Positions 36,246 to 50,700 are shown, numbered from the stretch's first letter. The stretch is DNA of 64,000 nt from Squalus acanthias (GCA_030390025.1 CM059433.1:26414001-26478000); one strand, 5' to 3'. Notes: generated by a model from the sequence alone, not told the origin. Numbers and translations are program-made.

Positions 36246-38915
36246 AGTCATAGAGTTATACAGCACAGAAAGAGGCCCTTCGGCCCATCGTGTCTGCGCC
36301 GGCCATCAAGCCCTGTCTATTCTAATCCCATTTTCCAGCACTTGGTCCATAGCCTTGTATGCTATGGCGTTTCAAGTGCTCATCTAAATGCTTCTTGAAT
36401 GTTGTGAGGGTTCCTGCCTCTACCACCCTTTCAGGCAGTGAGTTCCAGATTCCAACCACCCTCTGGGTGAAAAAGTTTTTCTCAAATCCCCTCTAAACCT
36501 CCTGCCCCTTACCTTGAAACTATGCCCCCTGGTTATTGACCCCTCTACTAAGGGGAAAAGTTCATTTCTATCTACCTTATCTATGCCCCTCATAATTTTG
36601 TACACCTCAATCAGGTCCCCCCTCAGCCTTCTCTGCTCTAAGGAAAACAACCCCAGCCTGTCCAGTCTCTCTTTATAGCTGAAGCGTTCCAGCCCAGGTA
36701 ACATCCTGGTGAATCTCCTCTGCACCCTCTCCAATGCAATCACATCCCTCCTATAGTGTGGCGACCAGAACTGCACACAGTATTTCAGCTGTGGCCTAAC
36801 TAGCGTTTTGTACAGCTCCATCATAACCTCCCTGCTCTTATATTCTATGCCTCGGCTAATGAAGGCAAGTATCCCATATGCCCTTTTAACCACCTTATCT
36901 ACCTGTCCTGCTGCCTTCAAGGATCTATGTACATGCACACCAAGGTCCCTCTGATCCTTTGTCCTTCCTAGGGTCCTACCATTCATTGTGTATTCCCTTG
37001 CCTTGTTAGTCCTCCCAAAATGCATCACCTCACACTTTTCAGGGTTAAATTCCATTTGCCACTGTTCTGCCCATCTGACCAACCCGTCTATATCGTCCTG
37101 TAGCCTGAGGCTTCCCTCCTCGCTATTTACCACTCCACCAATTTTTGTGTCATCTGCGAACTTACTGATCATACCTCCTACATTCATATCTAAATCATTA
37201 ATGTACACTACAAACAGCAAAGGACCCAGCACCGATCCCTGCAGTACACCACTGGACACAGGCTTCCAGTCACAAAAACAACCTTCGACCATCACCCTCT
37301 GCCTCCTGCCACTAAGCCAATTTTGGATCCAATGTGCCAAATTGCCCTGGATCCCATGGGCTCTTACCTTCTTGACCAGTCTCCCATGCGGGACTTTGTC
37401 AAAAGCCTCACTGAAGTCCATGTAGACTACATCAACTGCACTACCTTCATCCACACACCTAGTCACCCCCTTGAAAAATTCAGTCAAATTGGTTAGACAT
37501 GATCTCCCCCTCACAAAGTCATGCTGACTATCCTTGATTAATCCTTGCCTCTCCACGTGGAGACTAATTCTGTCCCTCAGAATTTTTTCCAATAATTTCC
37601 CTACCACTGATGTTAGGCTCACTGGCCTGTAATTCCCTGGTTTATCCCGACTACCCTTCTTGAATAATGGTACTATTTTAGCTGTCCTCCAGTCCTCTGG
37701 CACCTCTCCTGTGGCCAGAAAGGTTCTGAAAATTTGTGTCAGAGCCCCTGCAATCTCCTCCCTTGCCTCACACAGCAGCCTGGGATACATCTCGTCTGGG
37801 CCTGGGGATTTATCCACTTTTAAGCCCGCTAAAACCGCTAGTACCTCCTCCCTCGCAATACTAATTTGTTCAAGTATATCACATTCCCCCTGCCTGATTC
37901 CGATGCCTACATTGTCCTTCTCCATAGTGAACACAGATGCAAAATATTCATTTAAAACCTCACCCACATCTTCCAGCTCTAATGGGCCCTACTCTTTCCC
38001 TGGTTATCCTTTTGCCCTTAATATACTTATAAAACACCTTGGGATTTTCCTTTATTTTGCCCACCAGTGTTTTTTCAAGCCCCCTCTTCGCTCTCCTAAT
38101 TTCTTTTTTAAGTACCCTCTGCATTTTCTATACTCCTCTAGGTCTTGCACTGTTTTTAGTCCTTTGTATCTGCCAAAAGCCTCCCTTTTTTTCCCTGATC
38201 CATTCTTGTATATTCCTTGACATCCAGGGTTCCCTGGGCTTGTTGGTCCCACCCTTGACCTTTACGGGAACATGTTGGCATTGTACTCTCTCTATTTCCT
38301 TTCTGAAAGACTCCCACTACTCTGATGTGGATTTTCCTACAAGTAGCTGATCCCAATACACTTTGGCCAGATCCTGCCTTATCATATTAAAATCGGCCTT
38401 CCCCCAATTTAGAACCTTTATTTCCGGTCCATTTTTGTCCTTTTCCATGACTACCTTAAATCTCACCGAATTATGGTCACTTTCACCAAAATGCTCTCCT
38501 ACTGACACTTCTACCACTTGCCCGGCTACATTCCCTAGAATTAGGTCCAGTACCGCCCCCTCTCTTGTAGGACTTTCTACATGCTGGCTCAAAAAGCTCT
38601 CCTGGATGCACTTTAAGAATTCCGCACCCTCTAAGCCTTTCACACTCTGACTATCCCAGTTAATATTGGGGAAGTTGAAATCCCCTACTATTATTACCCT
38701 ATTATTTCTACACTTCTCTGAGATTTGCCTACATATCTGTTCCTCTATCTCCTCCTGACTGTTTGGGGGCCTATAGTACACTCCCAGCAAAGTGCTTGCC
38801 CCCTTTTTGTTTTTAAGTTCTACCCATATGGCCTCATTAGAGGAACTTGCGAAGATATCATCCCTCCTTACAGCAGTAATTGACTCCTTGATTAATATTG
38901 CGACACCCCCTCCTG
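36246..38915 (-). mobile_element. Younger CR1 LINE, 5'-truncated in APE
   Basis: 515-aa open RT segment 36420-37967 with PVSLTS, QGSVLGP, FADD; APE at 38317-38915. Confidence 0.92.
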
Positions 38916-41490
38916 GGGACTTGTCACTCTTTAGTGCCATTATTTTCTTCATTACCGCTATTTTGCTTATGTTAATTTTGGTGAGACCCCCATCCCTGAT
39001 TCAATATTTGTTTCCTTGGGATCTCTTCCTTTACTGTAAATGCTGACGCAAAGTAATTATTCAACATGGCCACCATTTCATTACTTTCATTTAAAATATC
39101 ACCAATATCAGTTTTCAAGGGATCCACATTGCTCCTGATCACCCTCTTTTTCCTAATATAATTATAAAAAAAATTTGTGTTGATTTTGATAGCCCTTGCA
39201 AGTTTCTTTTCATGTTCCCTTTTTGTAGCTCTTACTATCTGTTTTGTCACTTTAATTTGTTCTTTGTATCTCTCCCAGTTGCCAGGATATGTGCTAGTTT
39301 TTGTAGTTTTGTATGCTTTGGGGGTGAAATTGGGTGCCTTTGCACCTCCCGTTAGGACGCTAACGGGGCACAAATGGCTTTGCGACCGGGCGCGGCGCTG
39401 ACATCGACTCCCACCATATTCGGCGGGAGTTTTGGGGTAGTGCTACGGCGATGTGCCCCAATCTCCTTTGAAACATAGAAACATAGAAGATAGGAGCAGG
39501 AGTAGGCCATTCAGCCCCTTGAGCCTGTTCCGCCATTTAATGAGATCATGGCTGATCATCCAAATTCAGTACCCTGTCCCTGCTTTCTCCCCATATCCCT
39601 TGATTCCTTTAGCCTTAAGAAATATATCTATCTCCTTCTTGAATATATTTAATGAGTTGGCCTCAACTGCCTTCTGTGGTAGAGAATTCCATAGGTTCAC
39701 CACTCTGTGGGTGAAGAAATTCCTCCTCAACTCAGTCCTAAATGGCTTACCCCTTATCCTTAGACTGTGACCCCTGGTTCTGGACTCCCCCACCATTGGG
39801 AACGTCCTTCCTGCATCTAGTCTGTCTAGTCCTGTTAGAATTTTATAAGTTTCAATGAGATACCCTCTCATTCTTCGAAACTCCAGCGAATATAAGCCTA
39901 ATCGACCCACTCTCTCTTCATACGTCATTCCTGCCATCCCAGGTATCTGTCTGGTGAATCTTCGCTGCACTCCCTCCATGGCAAGAACATCCTTCCTCAG
40001 CTAAGGCGACCAAAACTGCATACAATACTCAAGGTGTGGTCTCACCAAGGCCCTGTACAACTGCAGCAAGACATCCTTGCTCCTGTACTCGAATCCTCTT
40101 GCTATGAAGGCCAACATACCATTTGCCTTCTTAACCGCCTGCTGCACCTGCATGCTTACCTTCAGCGACTGGTGCACAAGGACACCCAGGTCTCGTTGCA
40201 CTTCCCCTTTTCCCAATCTATTGCCGTTCAGATAATAATTTGTCTTCCTGTTTTTGCCACCAAAGTGGATAACCTCGCATTTATCTACATTATACTGCAT
40301 CTGCCATGCATCTGCCCAATCACCCAACCTGTCCAAATCATACTGGAGTTTCTCTGCATCCTCCTCACAGCACACATGCCCACCCAGCTTGGAGATATTA
40401 CATCTAGTTCTCTCGTCTAGATCATTAATTTATATTGTGAATAGCTGGGGTCCTAGCACCGATCCCTGCGGTACACCACTAGTCACTGCCTGCCACTCGG
40501 AAAAAGACCCGTTTATTCCAACTCTTTGCTTCCTGTCTGCCAACCAGTTCTCTAGCCAAGTCAGTACCTTACCCCCAATCCCATGTGCTTTAACTTTGCA
40601 CGCTAATCTCTTATGCGGGACCTTATCGAAAGCCTTCCGAAAGTCCAAATACACCACATCCACTGGTTCTCCCTGATCTATTCTACCAGTTACATCCCCC
40701 AAAAAATTCCAGTAGATTAGTCAAGCATGATTTTCCTTTTGTAAATCCATGTTGACTTTGTCCGATCCTGTCACTGTTTTCCAAGTGCTCTGCTATTACA
40801 TCTTTTATAATGGACTCTAGCATTTTTTCCCACTACCAATGTCAGGCTTACCGGTCTATAATTCCCCGTTTTCTCTCTACCACCTTTTTTAAATAGTGGG
40901 GTTACATTAGCTACCCTCCAATCCATGGGAACTATTCCAGAGTCTATAGAATTTTGGAAGATGACCAGCAATGCATCTACTATTTCTAGGGCCACTTCCT
41001 TAAGTACCCTAGGATGTAGATTATCAGGCCCTGGGGATGTATCGGCCTTCAATCCCATCAATTTCCCTCACACCATTTCCCTACAAATACTGATTTCATT
41101 CAATTCCTCCCTTTCATTAGACCCTATGGGGGAAAAATTAAGTCGCGCCCCGTTTGGGGCGCAAATATCGTCCGGGCGCAAAAATTAGCGCCTGGCGCTA
41201 ATTATCGCCACTGACTGGAAACTTCACTTTTACCGCCCCGGGAGGTGAGTGGAGCGCGAAATCAGGCGCTGCACACCTGTCTTAAGGCGCAAAGGCCGAG
41301 CAGTGAGGCGCTAAAACAGCGCGCGAGCGCAGCGCAGGTGCTGCCAGTTAGCGAGGGAACACAGACACACTGGCGCCGGCCAGTTCTTAAAGGTGGGGGG
41401 GGGGGGCATCTTGCTCCCCAGCCACACCCTGCTCATTGCAGCCTTGAATCTCAGCCTGGAGAGACCTGTGAATCCATTTTGCTGCCAAGG

Positions 41491-43256
41491 ATGGAGAGGG
41501 TGAGAGAATGAGCTCAGCGCTTCACCGAGCGGGCCTTGGATGCACTGGTTGGCACGGTGGAGCGCAGAAGATCTATACTCTTCCCTGAGAGTGGCAGGAG
41601 GCCTTTGCCACGCGAGTACAGAAGAGTGTGGAGGGAGGTGGCTCAGAGCGTCTCCTCCAGGAGCATGGTGCCCAGGACCCATGTTCAATGCCGCAAAAAG
41701 TTCAACGACCTCACTCGAGTCGTCAGGGTGAGTGGCTTTTTCTCAATACCTCTCCATCCCTCCATCTCAACCTCACTCTATGGCCAGAGGGTCTTAAAAC
41801 CCCAATGCACAACACTCATCCAACACCTATGGCCCTTTCATGAAACACACACACACATTCCACACTTTGCATACAGTAAGGGCTATTCACCTATGGGAGG
41901 CACATCAGGCAAGACCATGGCTGTATAATTACTCAGATGCTGTCCTTTTTCTTGCAGGCCAAGCTGGCGCATAATAGGAGACAGCAGCAACGGACAGGTG
42001 GAGGGCGGCCTCAGCTGCAACCCCTCAGCGATCTTGAGGAGCGCGTCCACAGGATTGTGGCAAGCCGGGTGATCGGTCCCGTCGCCACTGGAGACGCCGA
42101 CCCCGTTCTGGACAGCAATGGTAAGGTCATCACCTTTTTGTCCTCTGTCCTTCCACTTGTCCCTCACAACACCAGCCTTTGACACTTTCAATCCAACTTA
42201 CTAACTCGCTGCACTTATTCCTCCCTTACTGCCACCCTGTCCTCGCGCTAAAGCCACTCTTCTACCTCCCTGCTTTCAGATGGTGATTCACCAGCTGAGG
42301 AGACGGGCCCTGAAGCTGCCAGTGGGAGTGAAGCTGCAGCCGAGGAGGAAGAGGAAGCCGGAGCATCAGTGCCACCCTCTCCCGAGGAAGCCCATGCCGA
42401 CACTGGGAACACGCCTTCCCTGGAGGGGAGCAGGGGGGAAGGGTCTGATGAGGGTGAAGCTCCAGGACCCAGCGGGCTGCAGCAATGCCATGGGGGTAGG
42501 GAAGAACGGGGGCCTTCTCCCCAGAGGGAGAGTATGCCAGCGACTCCTACTGCAATGGACGCAGAGGAGGAGCGGCTGATCGCAGAAATGAACACCCAGG
42601 CGGTGGGCATGCACACTGAGCTCATGGGTGCAGTGGGAAGGGTGCCCGAATGCATTGAGTCACTGGCAAGGAGTGTGGAGCACTTCGCTGTAGCACAGGC
42701 GGATGCCACACTAAAGCTTAGTGCTGCAATTCAGTCACTGACTGCCGTGATCCCATCTCTGACTGCTCTCATGCAGACTCAGATTGAGGCCACGCGAGCA
42801 CTGACTGCTGCCATCCTCGATGGTTCGTTCACATTTCCCCGGGGCTCTCACCGCGCCGCAGCAGGCCAGCAATCTGTGCTCCAGCAGATTGCTCCGGATG
42901 CTGAAGTGCTGCCCCTTGGGAGTGCCAGTGTGTCGGTCGAGCAGGGAGTTGCTGTCCTCTCTCACGATGACAGCATTCCTGCTGCCAACACTGTCACTTC
43001 TCCACTGCACTTGCCACCACCTGTAGGACAGACTGCTGCCGCCCATGCAGAGTTGGTGCAGTCTGCAGCCGGGCCCTCCAGGCCCAGAACTGGTCGAGGC
43101 CGTCCTTCAGGGGCATCTGCAGTGTCAGAGTCTGACAATCAGCAGCCTTCCACCAGCCTTGCTGCAGCCACTGAGGTCCCATTACGGAGGAGCAGTAGGG
43201 TTAGAAGGGGGGAAGTGCGCAAGGGAAGGAGATCACCCTCAAAGGGCAAAAAGTAG
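41491..43256 (+). pseudogene. Harbinger A Myb/SANT DNA-binding gene (exons 41491-41727, 41958-42120, 42280-43256), nonsense at codon 7
   Basis: MERVRE*AQRF...WREVA...QCRKKFNDL|AKLAHN...RTGGG; GT-AG introns keep frame (458 codons); TGA at 41509-41511. Confidence 0.85.
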
Positions 43257-43568
43257 GAGGTGTGACAAAATGCTGGTCATTTTTTTATTAAAGGCCGAGG
43301 TTCGTGGTCCAACTTTTGTTTAGTGTTTTGGACATTATCTCCAGGTTGTGAGAACCAGTTATGTTAATGACTGTTTTTTTGTGTTTATTTCTATGAGTTT
43401 GTCATGAGGAAATGACACACACAGAGTTTGTAAAATAAATAAGTTCTTGTATTCAAAATATACATGTTTGGTGTTTGGAATCATTGGTGCCTTGGCCGGC
43501 TTAGGGGTTGCGTGCTGGGTTCATTGATGTTGTTAGCAATGGCAGAAGCCATTTCCACAGCAGGGGTC

Positions 43569-44729
43569 CTAGAAGCGGCTTGCTATCAGCCGTTGACAGA
43601 CGGCCCTTGCAGTTTCACCATTGTGGGCCGCCCTCCCGCCTTGGTGCTGCTGATGATCATCCTCCTCGTCCTCTTCCTCCTCTTCCTCCTCCTCCTCTGG
43701 TGGTGCTCCAAGGCCTGGTGGCATTGGCTGGGTCCTGACGATTGCCATGTTATGCAACATGCAGCACACAACTACGAAGTTGGATACTCGCTCAGGCGAG
43801 TACTGCAGGGCTCCTCCAGAATGGTCGAGACAGCGGAACCGTTGCTTCAGCACGCCGATTGTGCACTCAATGATGTTCTTGGTAGCTTGATGGCTCTCAT
43901 TGTATCGCAGCTCAGCAGGGGTGTTGGGCGTACGGAGCGGTGTCATCAGCCAGGTGCTCAATGGATACCCCTTGTCCCCGAGAAGCCAACCAACTGGCTG
44001 ATGCGGTGCCTCGAAAAGTTCTGCCACAGTAGTCTGGCGCAGGATGAAAGCATCGTGGCAGCTGCCAGGATAGTGGGCATTGACAGCGAGTATCAGCTGT
44101 CTGTGGTCACAGACCAACTGAACATTCAAGGAATGGAACCCCTTTCTGTTCCGGAAATCCTCGGCATTCTCATGTGGAGCACGCAAAGCCACATGCGTGC
44201 AGTCAATGGCGTCCTGCACCATGGGGAAGCCCGCTATCCTCGCAAAGCCCAGAGCGTGGTCACGCTGCTTGTCTGGGGTCATGGGGAAAGAGATGAACTC
44301 TCGTCTCCTTTTAAAGAGGGCATTTGTGACCTGCCGGATGCAGCAATGCACCGCAAACTGGGAGATATTGGCGAGGTCCCCAGCAGCAGCTTGAAATGAG
44401 CCAGTAGCATAGAAGTTGAGAGCCACTGTGACCTTCACTGCCACAGACAGAGACGTCCTGGACCTCAGTTGAGGCTGCAGATCTGGCTGCAGCAGGTGGC
44501 AGAGCTCAGTGACCACCTCCTTGCTGAATCGCAGCCTTCGCAAACACAGCTCCTCAGACATATGAATGTAGGAGAGCTGTTCACGATATACCCTGGGAGG
44601 GTAAGCTCTCCTGTACATACGCCTGTTGGCCCTCCTCCGTCTGGCCATCATTGCCACTCTCTCTCTGCGTCTCTGTGTCCTCCGATTCAGCTGGAGCAGG
44701 ACGACGCCCCCAATCAGTGCAGCCCCCAT
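43569..44729 (-). CDS. Harbinger A DDE transposase (386 aa from first ATG)
   Basis: Uninterrupted ORF with [33 protein letters not shown] and LHN. Confidence 0.95.
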   Translation of the reverse strand: MGAALIGGVVLLQLNRRTQRRRERVAMMARRRRANRRMYRRAYPPRVYREQLSYIHMSEELCLRRLRFSKEVVTELCHLLQPDLQPQLRSRTSLSVAVKVTVALNFYATGSFQAAAGDLANISQFAVHCCIRQVTNALFKRRREFISFPMTPDKQRDHALGFARIAGFPMVQDAIDCTHVALRAPHENAEDFRNRKGFHSLNVQLVCDHRQLILAVNAHYPGSCHDAFILRQTTVAELFEAPHQPVGWLLGDKGYPLSTWLMTPLRTPNTPAELRYNESHQATKNIIECTIGVLKQRFRCLDHSGGALQYSPERVSNFVVVCCMLHNMAIVRTQPMPPGLGAPPEEEEEEEEEDEEDDHQQHQGGRAAHNGETARAVCQRLIASRF

Positions 44730-47700
44730 AGTCTCTTTGCAAGCAAAGTTATGAAGGACAGCAACCAAAGTAGCAGCGAAGTTAGGATCAGTAGGCAAAA
44801 CTACCTCACAAAGCGTTGACTCAATGCAGAAGTCTCTCTTTCTCTCTCTCCGAATCTCTCTCTCTCTCTCAGTACGAGTGGTGCAAAAATGTCAACCACA
44901 GAAAAATACAGGAAGAGGCCCCCTTTAAATAGCGCCCCACAGCGATTGATAGCATTCCAGTCTTCCGGTCGTTGGATGCGCCAGGCGGTAAGGCAGGGGG
45001 CGCCACTCAATTTCCGCTCCGGGGCGCCACAAGGGCGTTGCACCATGGAATGACGTCACAATCTGCGCGCGCAGGTGGTCGCAGCGGTAAGTTTTAGCGC
45101 CGCCGCACAATGTCAAGTTAAGTTCCCGAGCGGCGCAAACATCACTGCGCCCGGGCGTTAGCGGCTTTGCGCCCCATTAGCGCCCTCTTAAGGCGCTAAC
45201 GGGAGGCGCAACCAACTGAATTTTTACCCCTATGTTCCCTGACATCTCTGGGAGGTTATTTGTGTCCTCCTTTGTGAAGACAGAACCAAAGTATGCATTT
45301 AATTGGTCAGCCATTTCTTTGTTCCCCATTATAAATTCCCCTGATTCTGACTGCAAGGGACCTCCACTTGACTTCGCCAGTCATTTTCTCTTCACATATC
45401 TATAGAAGCTTTTACATTCAGTTTTTATCTTCCCTGCAAGCTTACTCTCATATTCTATTTCCCCCCTCTTAATTAATCCATTTGTCCTCCTTTGCTGAAT
45501 CCTTAACTGCTCCCAATCCTTAGGTTTGCTGCTTTTTCTGGCCAATTTATATGTCCTCTCCTTGGATCTTATGCTATCCCTAATTTCCCTTGTTAGCCAC
45601 GGTTGAGTCACCTTTTCTGTTTTATTTTTATGCCAAACAGGGATGAACAAATTCTGTAGTTCATCCATGTGATCTTTAAATGTTTGCCATTGCCTATCCA
45701 CCGTCAACCCTTTAAGTAACGCTCCCCAATCCATCCTAGCCAACTCGTGCCTCATACCATTGTAGTTTCCTTTATTTAAATTCAGGACCCTAGTCTCTGA
45801 GTCAACTACTTCACTCTCCATCTTAATGAAGAATTCTATCATATTATGATCGCTCCTCCCCAAGGGGCCTCGTAAAACAAGATTGCTAATTATTCCTTTC
45901 TCATTACATAATACCCAGTCTAAGATGGCCTGATCTCTAGTTGGTTCCTCGACATATTTGTCCAGGAAACCGTCCCGTATACACTCTAGGAATTCCTCCT
46001 CCACAGTATTGTTACTAATTTGGTAAGCTCAATCTGTATGTAGATTAAAGTCACCCATGATAACTACTGTGCCCTTATTGCACGCATCTCTAATTTCACA
46101 TTTAATGCCATCCCCAACCTCAGCATTACTGTTTGGGGGTCTGTATACAACTCCCACTAATGTTTTCTGCCCCTTGGTATTTCTCAGCTCTACCCATACA
46201 GATTCCACATCATCAGAGCTAATATCCTTCCTTACTATTGTGTTAATCTCCTCTTTAACCAGCAATGCTACCCCACCTCCTTTTCCTTTTTGCCTGTCCT
46301 TCCTGAATATTGAATACCCTTGGATGTTGAATTCCCAGCCTTGGTCACCCTGGAGCCATGTCTCCATAATCCCAATGATATCATATTTGTTCACATCTAT
46401 TTGCGCAGCTAATTCATCCACCTTATTACGAATGCTCCTCGCATTAAGACAAAGCCTTCAGGCTTGTTTTTTTAACACTCTTAGTCCTTTTAGAATTATT
46501 ATTTACTGTAGCCCTGTTTGATTTACACCCTTGATTTCTCTGCCTTCCACTTTTGCTTTTATCCTTCCTGTCTTTTGTTTCTAGCCTTGCTTCCCTTTCC
46601 TCTGTCTCACTGCACAGGTTCCCAACCCCCTGCCATTTTAGTTTAAACCCTCCCCAACAGCACTAGCAAACTCTCCCCCTAGGACATCGGTCCCGGACCC
46701 ACCCAGGTGCAAACCGTCCAGTTTGTACTGGTCCCACCTCCCCCAGAACCGGTTCCAATGTCCCAGGAATTTGAATCCCTCCCCCTTGCACCATTCCTCT
46801 AGCCACGTATTCATCTGAAATATCCTTCTATTTCTACTCTGACTAGCATGTGGCACTGGTAGCAATCCTGAGATTACTACCTTTGAGGTCCTATTTTTTA
46901 ATTTACCTCATAACCCCCTATATTCAGCTTTTAGGACCTCATCCCATTTTTTCCTATATCGTTGGTACCTATATGCACCACGACAACTGGCTGTTCACCC
47001 TCCCCCTCCAGAATGCCCTGCAGCCGCCCCGAGACATCCTTGACCCTTGCACCAGGGAGGCAACATACCATCCTGGAGTCTCGTTTGCAGCCACAGAAAC
47101 GCCTATCTATTCCCCTTACAATAGAATCCCCTATCACTATAGCTCTCCCGCTCTTTTTCCTCCCGTCCTGTGCAGCAGAACCACCCATGGTGCTAGGAAG
47201 TTGGCTGCTGCTGCCTTCCCCCGATAAGCCATCTCCCTCAACAATATCCAAAGTGATATATCTGTTTGAGAGGGGGATGGCCACAGGGGACCCCTGCACT
47301 ACCTGCCTGCACCTACTACTCTGCCTGGCGATCACCCATTCCCTTCCTGCCGGTGCAGCCTTTATCTGCGGTGTGATCAACCCATTAAACGTGCTATCCA
47401 CGATGTCCTCAGCATCGCGAATGCTCCAGTATGTATCCATTCGCAGCTCCAGCGCCGCAATGTGGTCTGCCAGTAGCTGCAGCTGGATACACTTCCCGCA
47501 CACATGGTCATCAGGGACACAGGAAGTGTCCCTCATTTCCCACATAGCGCAGGAGGAGCATGCCATGGGGCTGAGCTATGCTGCCATGACTTACCCTTTA
47601 ATTATTTTAAATTAAATTAAATCAAATCAGTACCACTAATTACACTACAATTAAATGATATACTCAAGGGCCCTTGGTTACTAGTACTCCCCGCTACACA

Positions 47701-50700
47701 ACAGAGACCTTAGAAACTATAACCACAAAAATTAAGACCTTCTAAACTTTATAAACTATTAATCTTAACTGTCAAACTATAGAGTAGTATAAATACTCAC
47801 CTGGCCATACTCACCCAATCAGCTGCTTCCTCTTGCCCGCGTCACTTTTTGAATCGTGACGTGGCTCTGGAATGCCGCTGGCGGTCTGCGAGATTGGTAA
47901 GCCTTTGCCCGGAGATCGTGACGTCATCACCGTGCGCATCGCCCCGGTAGCGCCCAGGACCTGAAATTGATTCCGCCCCCTGCAGCAGCGCCGGTCGAAA
48001 ACACCGACAGCTGCAGGAGGCGTGCATCGGGCGGCTGGCCACTACGGGGGTGATGATTAAAGGCGAGCTGTCCGCGGTAAGTGGAAAAAAAACTTACTTT
48101 TCCTGTTCTCGTTTTTTCGCGGGTTCCTGCCCGCGATTGATCAGCCTGGCACTCTGCTTGAGTGCCGGGCTGATCGGGCGGGATCGCGGCTGCCTTGGTG
48201 GTCCAGGTAGGTACTTTTAAATTGCAGAGCCTGCAGCGATGGCCCTTCCCTTTAAGGGAGGGAAAGAGCCTTTGAACGCGGCAGCGCTGCACGGCCCAGT
48301 GTGCGGCACTGCTGAAGTCTCCACCTCGCTCTCCAATGTTAGCACCCTACGAAGAATGGAGTGCTTGATTTAGTGCTCCACTTCCCTCTTGGGGCGCTAA
48401 AACTGAATTTCGCGGTCACCGGCACTAATTAGCGCCGGGCGCTAAAGTTAGTGCCCAGGCGATGTTAGCGTCCAAAATGGTCGATACCAAATTTTTTCCC
48501 CCTTTATCTTTCATTTTTATATTGTCTCTTACCTCTTTAGTTGTCCATGGCTGTTTTTTTTGACAAGGAGCTCTTGTCCCTTAGGAGTATAAACTGGATT
48601 TGTATCACATTAAATTCCTTTTTGAATACCTCCCACTGATCTTCTATTGTTTTACCCATTAACAGATATACCCAGTTTACTGTGAACTGTCTCTGTCTCA
48701 TCTCATTGAAGTTAGCCTTACCTAAATCTAGAATCTTAGTAGCTGTTTCGCTTTTCTTTCTTTCAAACACTACTTTAAACTTGATCATATTATGATCGCG
48801 ACTAAATAAATGTTCATGCACCGTTCGGCTGTTAACTAAATCTGGCTCATTACTCATTAAATGTAATATGGCCTGCACCCTTGTTTGCTCCAGGGCATAT
48901 TGTTGCAGAAAACTATCCGGAACAAACTCAAGAAATTCACTACCTTTCTGACATGAGCTCGTCTGCTTATCCCAATCTATATGAAAGTTAAAATCCCCCA
49001 TTAAAACCACTCTGCCTTTACTACATACTTGTCTAATTTCTGCATTTATACATTCTACCACTTCTCAGCTGCTACCAGGGGGCCTATACACAACTCCCAC
49101 TACAGTCTCAAATCCTTTTCTATTTCTTAATTCCACCCATAAAGTCTCCACTGCCTGCTTACCTCTCGTTATATCCTCTCTTATCATTGAAGTGATTTCA
49201 TCCTTAATTACTATGGCTACTCCTCCCCCTCTGCCATTTTCCCTACCTTTCCTGTAGACCTTCTAACCTGGTATATTTAGTTCCCAGTCCTGACCGTCTT
49301 GCAGCCATGTCTCAGTAATGACCAGCATGTCACACCCTCCAAGTTGAATTTGCGCCTGCAATTCATTCAATTTGTGCCTTATACTCTGTGTGTTTGTATA
49401 AAGAACACTTATTTGGGCCACGCACCCTAACCTGTCCTTCTGTTCTAATGTTTTACTCACATATTTCTTATTTCTTTCTCCTGGTTTAATAACTTTACAT
49501 CTTTTAGTTTTCCCTTTACCTTTAGTGCCTAAAGCACAATTTCTGACTATTACTCTATGTTCTTCCCTTTTGTTTGTTTTAGAACTATTATTTGTACTAC
49601 CTTTTCCACCTCCCCCCTCCCCCCCCCCCACCCCCCTCGCCCAATTTATTAGTTTAAAGTCCTTGTGACTGCCCTAGTTATCCTTTCCGCTAGAACCCTG
49701 GTCCCAGCCCGCTCCAGGTGGAGACCCTTCTAACGGTACAGTTCCTTCCTGTCCCAATACTGGTGCCAATGTCCGATGAAGTAGAACCCCTCTTTCCCAC
49801 ACCACTCCTTCAGCCACGTGTTCACGTCCCTAATCTGCTTATCCCTATGCCAATTTGCACATGGCTTGGGTAATAATCCAGAGATTATAACTCTTGAGAT
49901 CCTGTTCTTTAATTTAGTTCCTAGTTCCTGGTACTCCCCAAACAGGACCTCTTGCCTACTCTTCTCTATGTTGTTGGTCCCAACATGGACCACAACGACT
50001 GGATCTTTCCCCTCCCTCTCCAATATCTTTCAAGCCTGTTCGAGATGCCCCTCACCCTGGCACCGGGTAGGCAACATGTGGGACTCTTGATCCTGCTTAC
50101 AAAGATGCAACCTGTCCCCCTAATTAGTGAAACTGCTACAATTACCACATTATGCTTCCCCTTCTCCTCCTCCTCCTCCTCCCCCCTTTGGACAGCCTCC
50201 TGCTCGAAGGTGCCATGGTCAGCATTCTGGCTGTCCTTCCGACAGTCTTTATCCTTATCCTCACAGGTAGCAAGTACATTGTACCTGTTGGAGAGGATCA
50301 GTTTCTGCGGATCCTTGTTCTCTATCTCACTTGGGTTCCCCTTACTCTGTACAGTATCGGTCACACCAACTCCATTCATCTTCACAGTCTTCTTCCTCTT
50401 CCTCCACTGACTGGGAAGGTTCCAGTTCTTGGGTATCTAAAATGAAAAAAGGGGCAAAGGTTGGGTTGTGGTGAGGGGAGAAGAGGAAGTAAGAAGTGTG
50501 TGCTTACACCATCTGCAGCTTGTGAGATAGAAGAGATTGAGGGATGACGGAGAAGTGGGATGAGAGAAAGAACATTGGGTATGCTGATACCTTCATCATC
50601 AATCACTCCAGCCCCACCAGTGGCCATGACCTCACTGATGCCCCTTCCCATGATGGCCTCCATGGGGGTTAAAACATGCAGGCGCGCTTGTCCTCCTCCA

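Larger units (their letters stand above)
41128..45230. mobile_element. Full-length autonomous-type Harbinger A (4103 bp)
   Basis: TIRs GGGGGAAAAATTAAGT / rc GGGGTAAAAATTCAGT; TSD TAT; the flanking CR1 rejoins cleanly; two convergent genes. Confidence 0.95.
39471..47901 (-). mobile_element. Apparently full-length CR1 (~4.3 kb without Harbinger A)
   Basis: TSD CCTTTG (39465-39470, 47902-47907); AAACATAG tail, RT 39566-41061, APE 45381-46421, ORF1 46638-47587 (CSSC..CGKC, IGDS, HIGTND). Confidence 0.9.
39320..48502. mobile_element. Harbinger-type MITE split by a CR1 (39320-39470 + 47902-48502)
   Basis: TIRs GGGGGTGAAATTGG / rc GGGGGAAAAAATTTGG; TSD TTT; interior related to 20816-22009. Confidence 0.8.
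34695..50380 (-). mobile_element. CR1 LINE in three pieces (34695-36245, ~38911-39319, 48503-50380)
   Basis: Tail at 34695, RT to 36245, resumes at DKSPG, and rejoins across the MITE (GTATGCTTT|ATCTTTC) into APE and ORF1 esterase; ORF1 resembles 17389-18315. Confidence 0.85.

Noticed and set aside
43464..44399. 311-aa plus-strand ORF with a hydrophobic stretch
   Set aside because: Antisense shadow of the transposase; the Leu run mirrors its poly-Glu tail.
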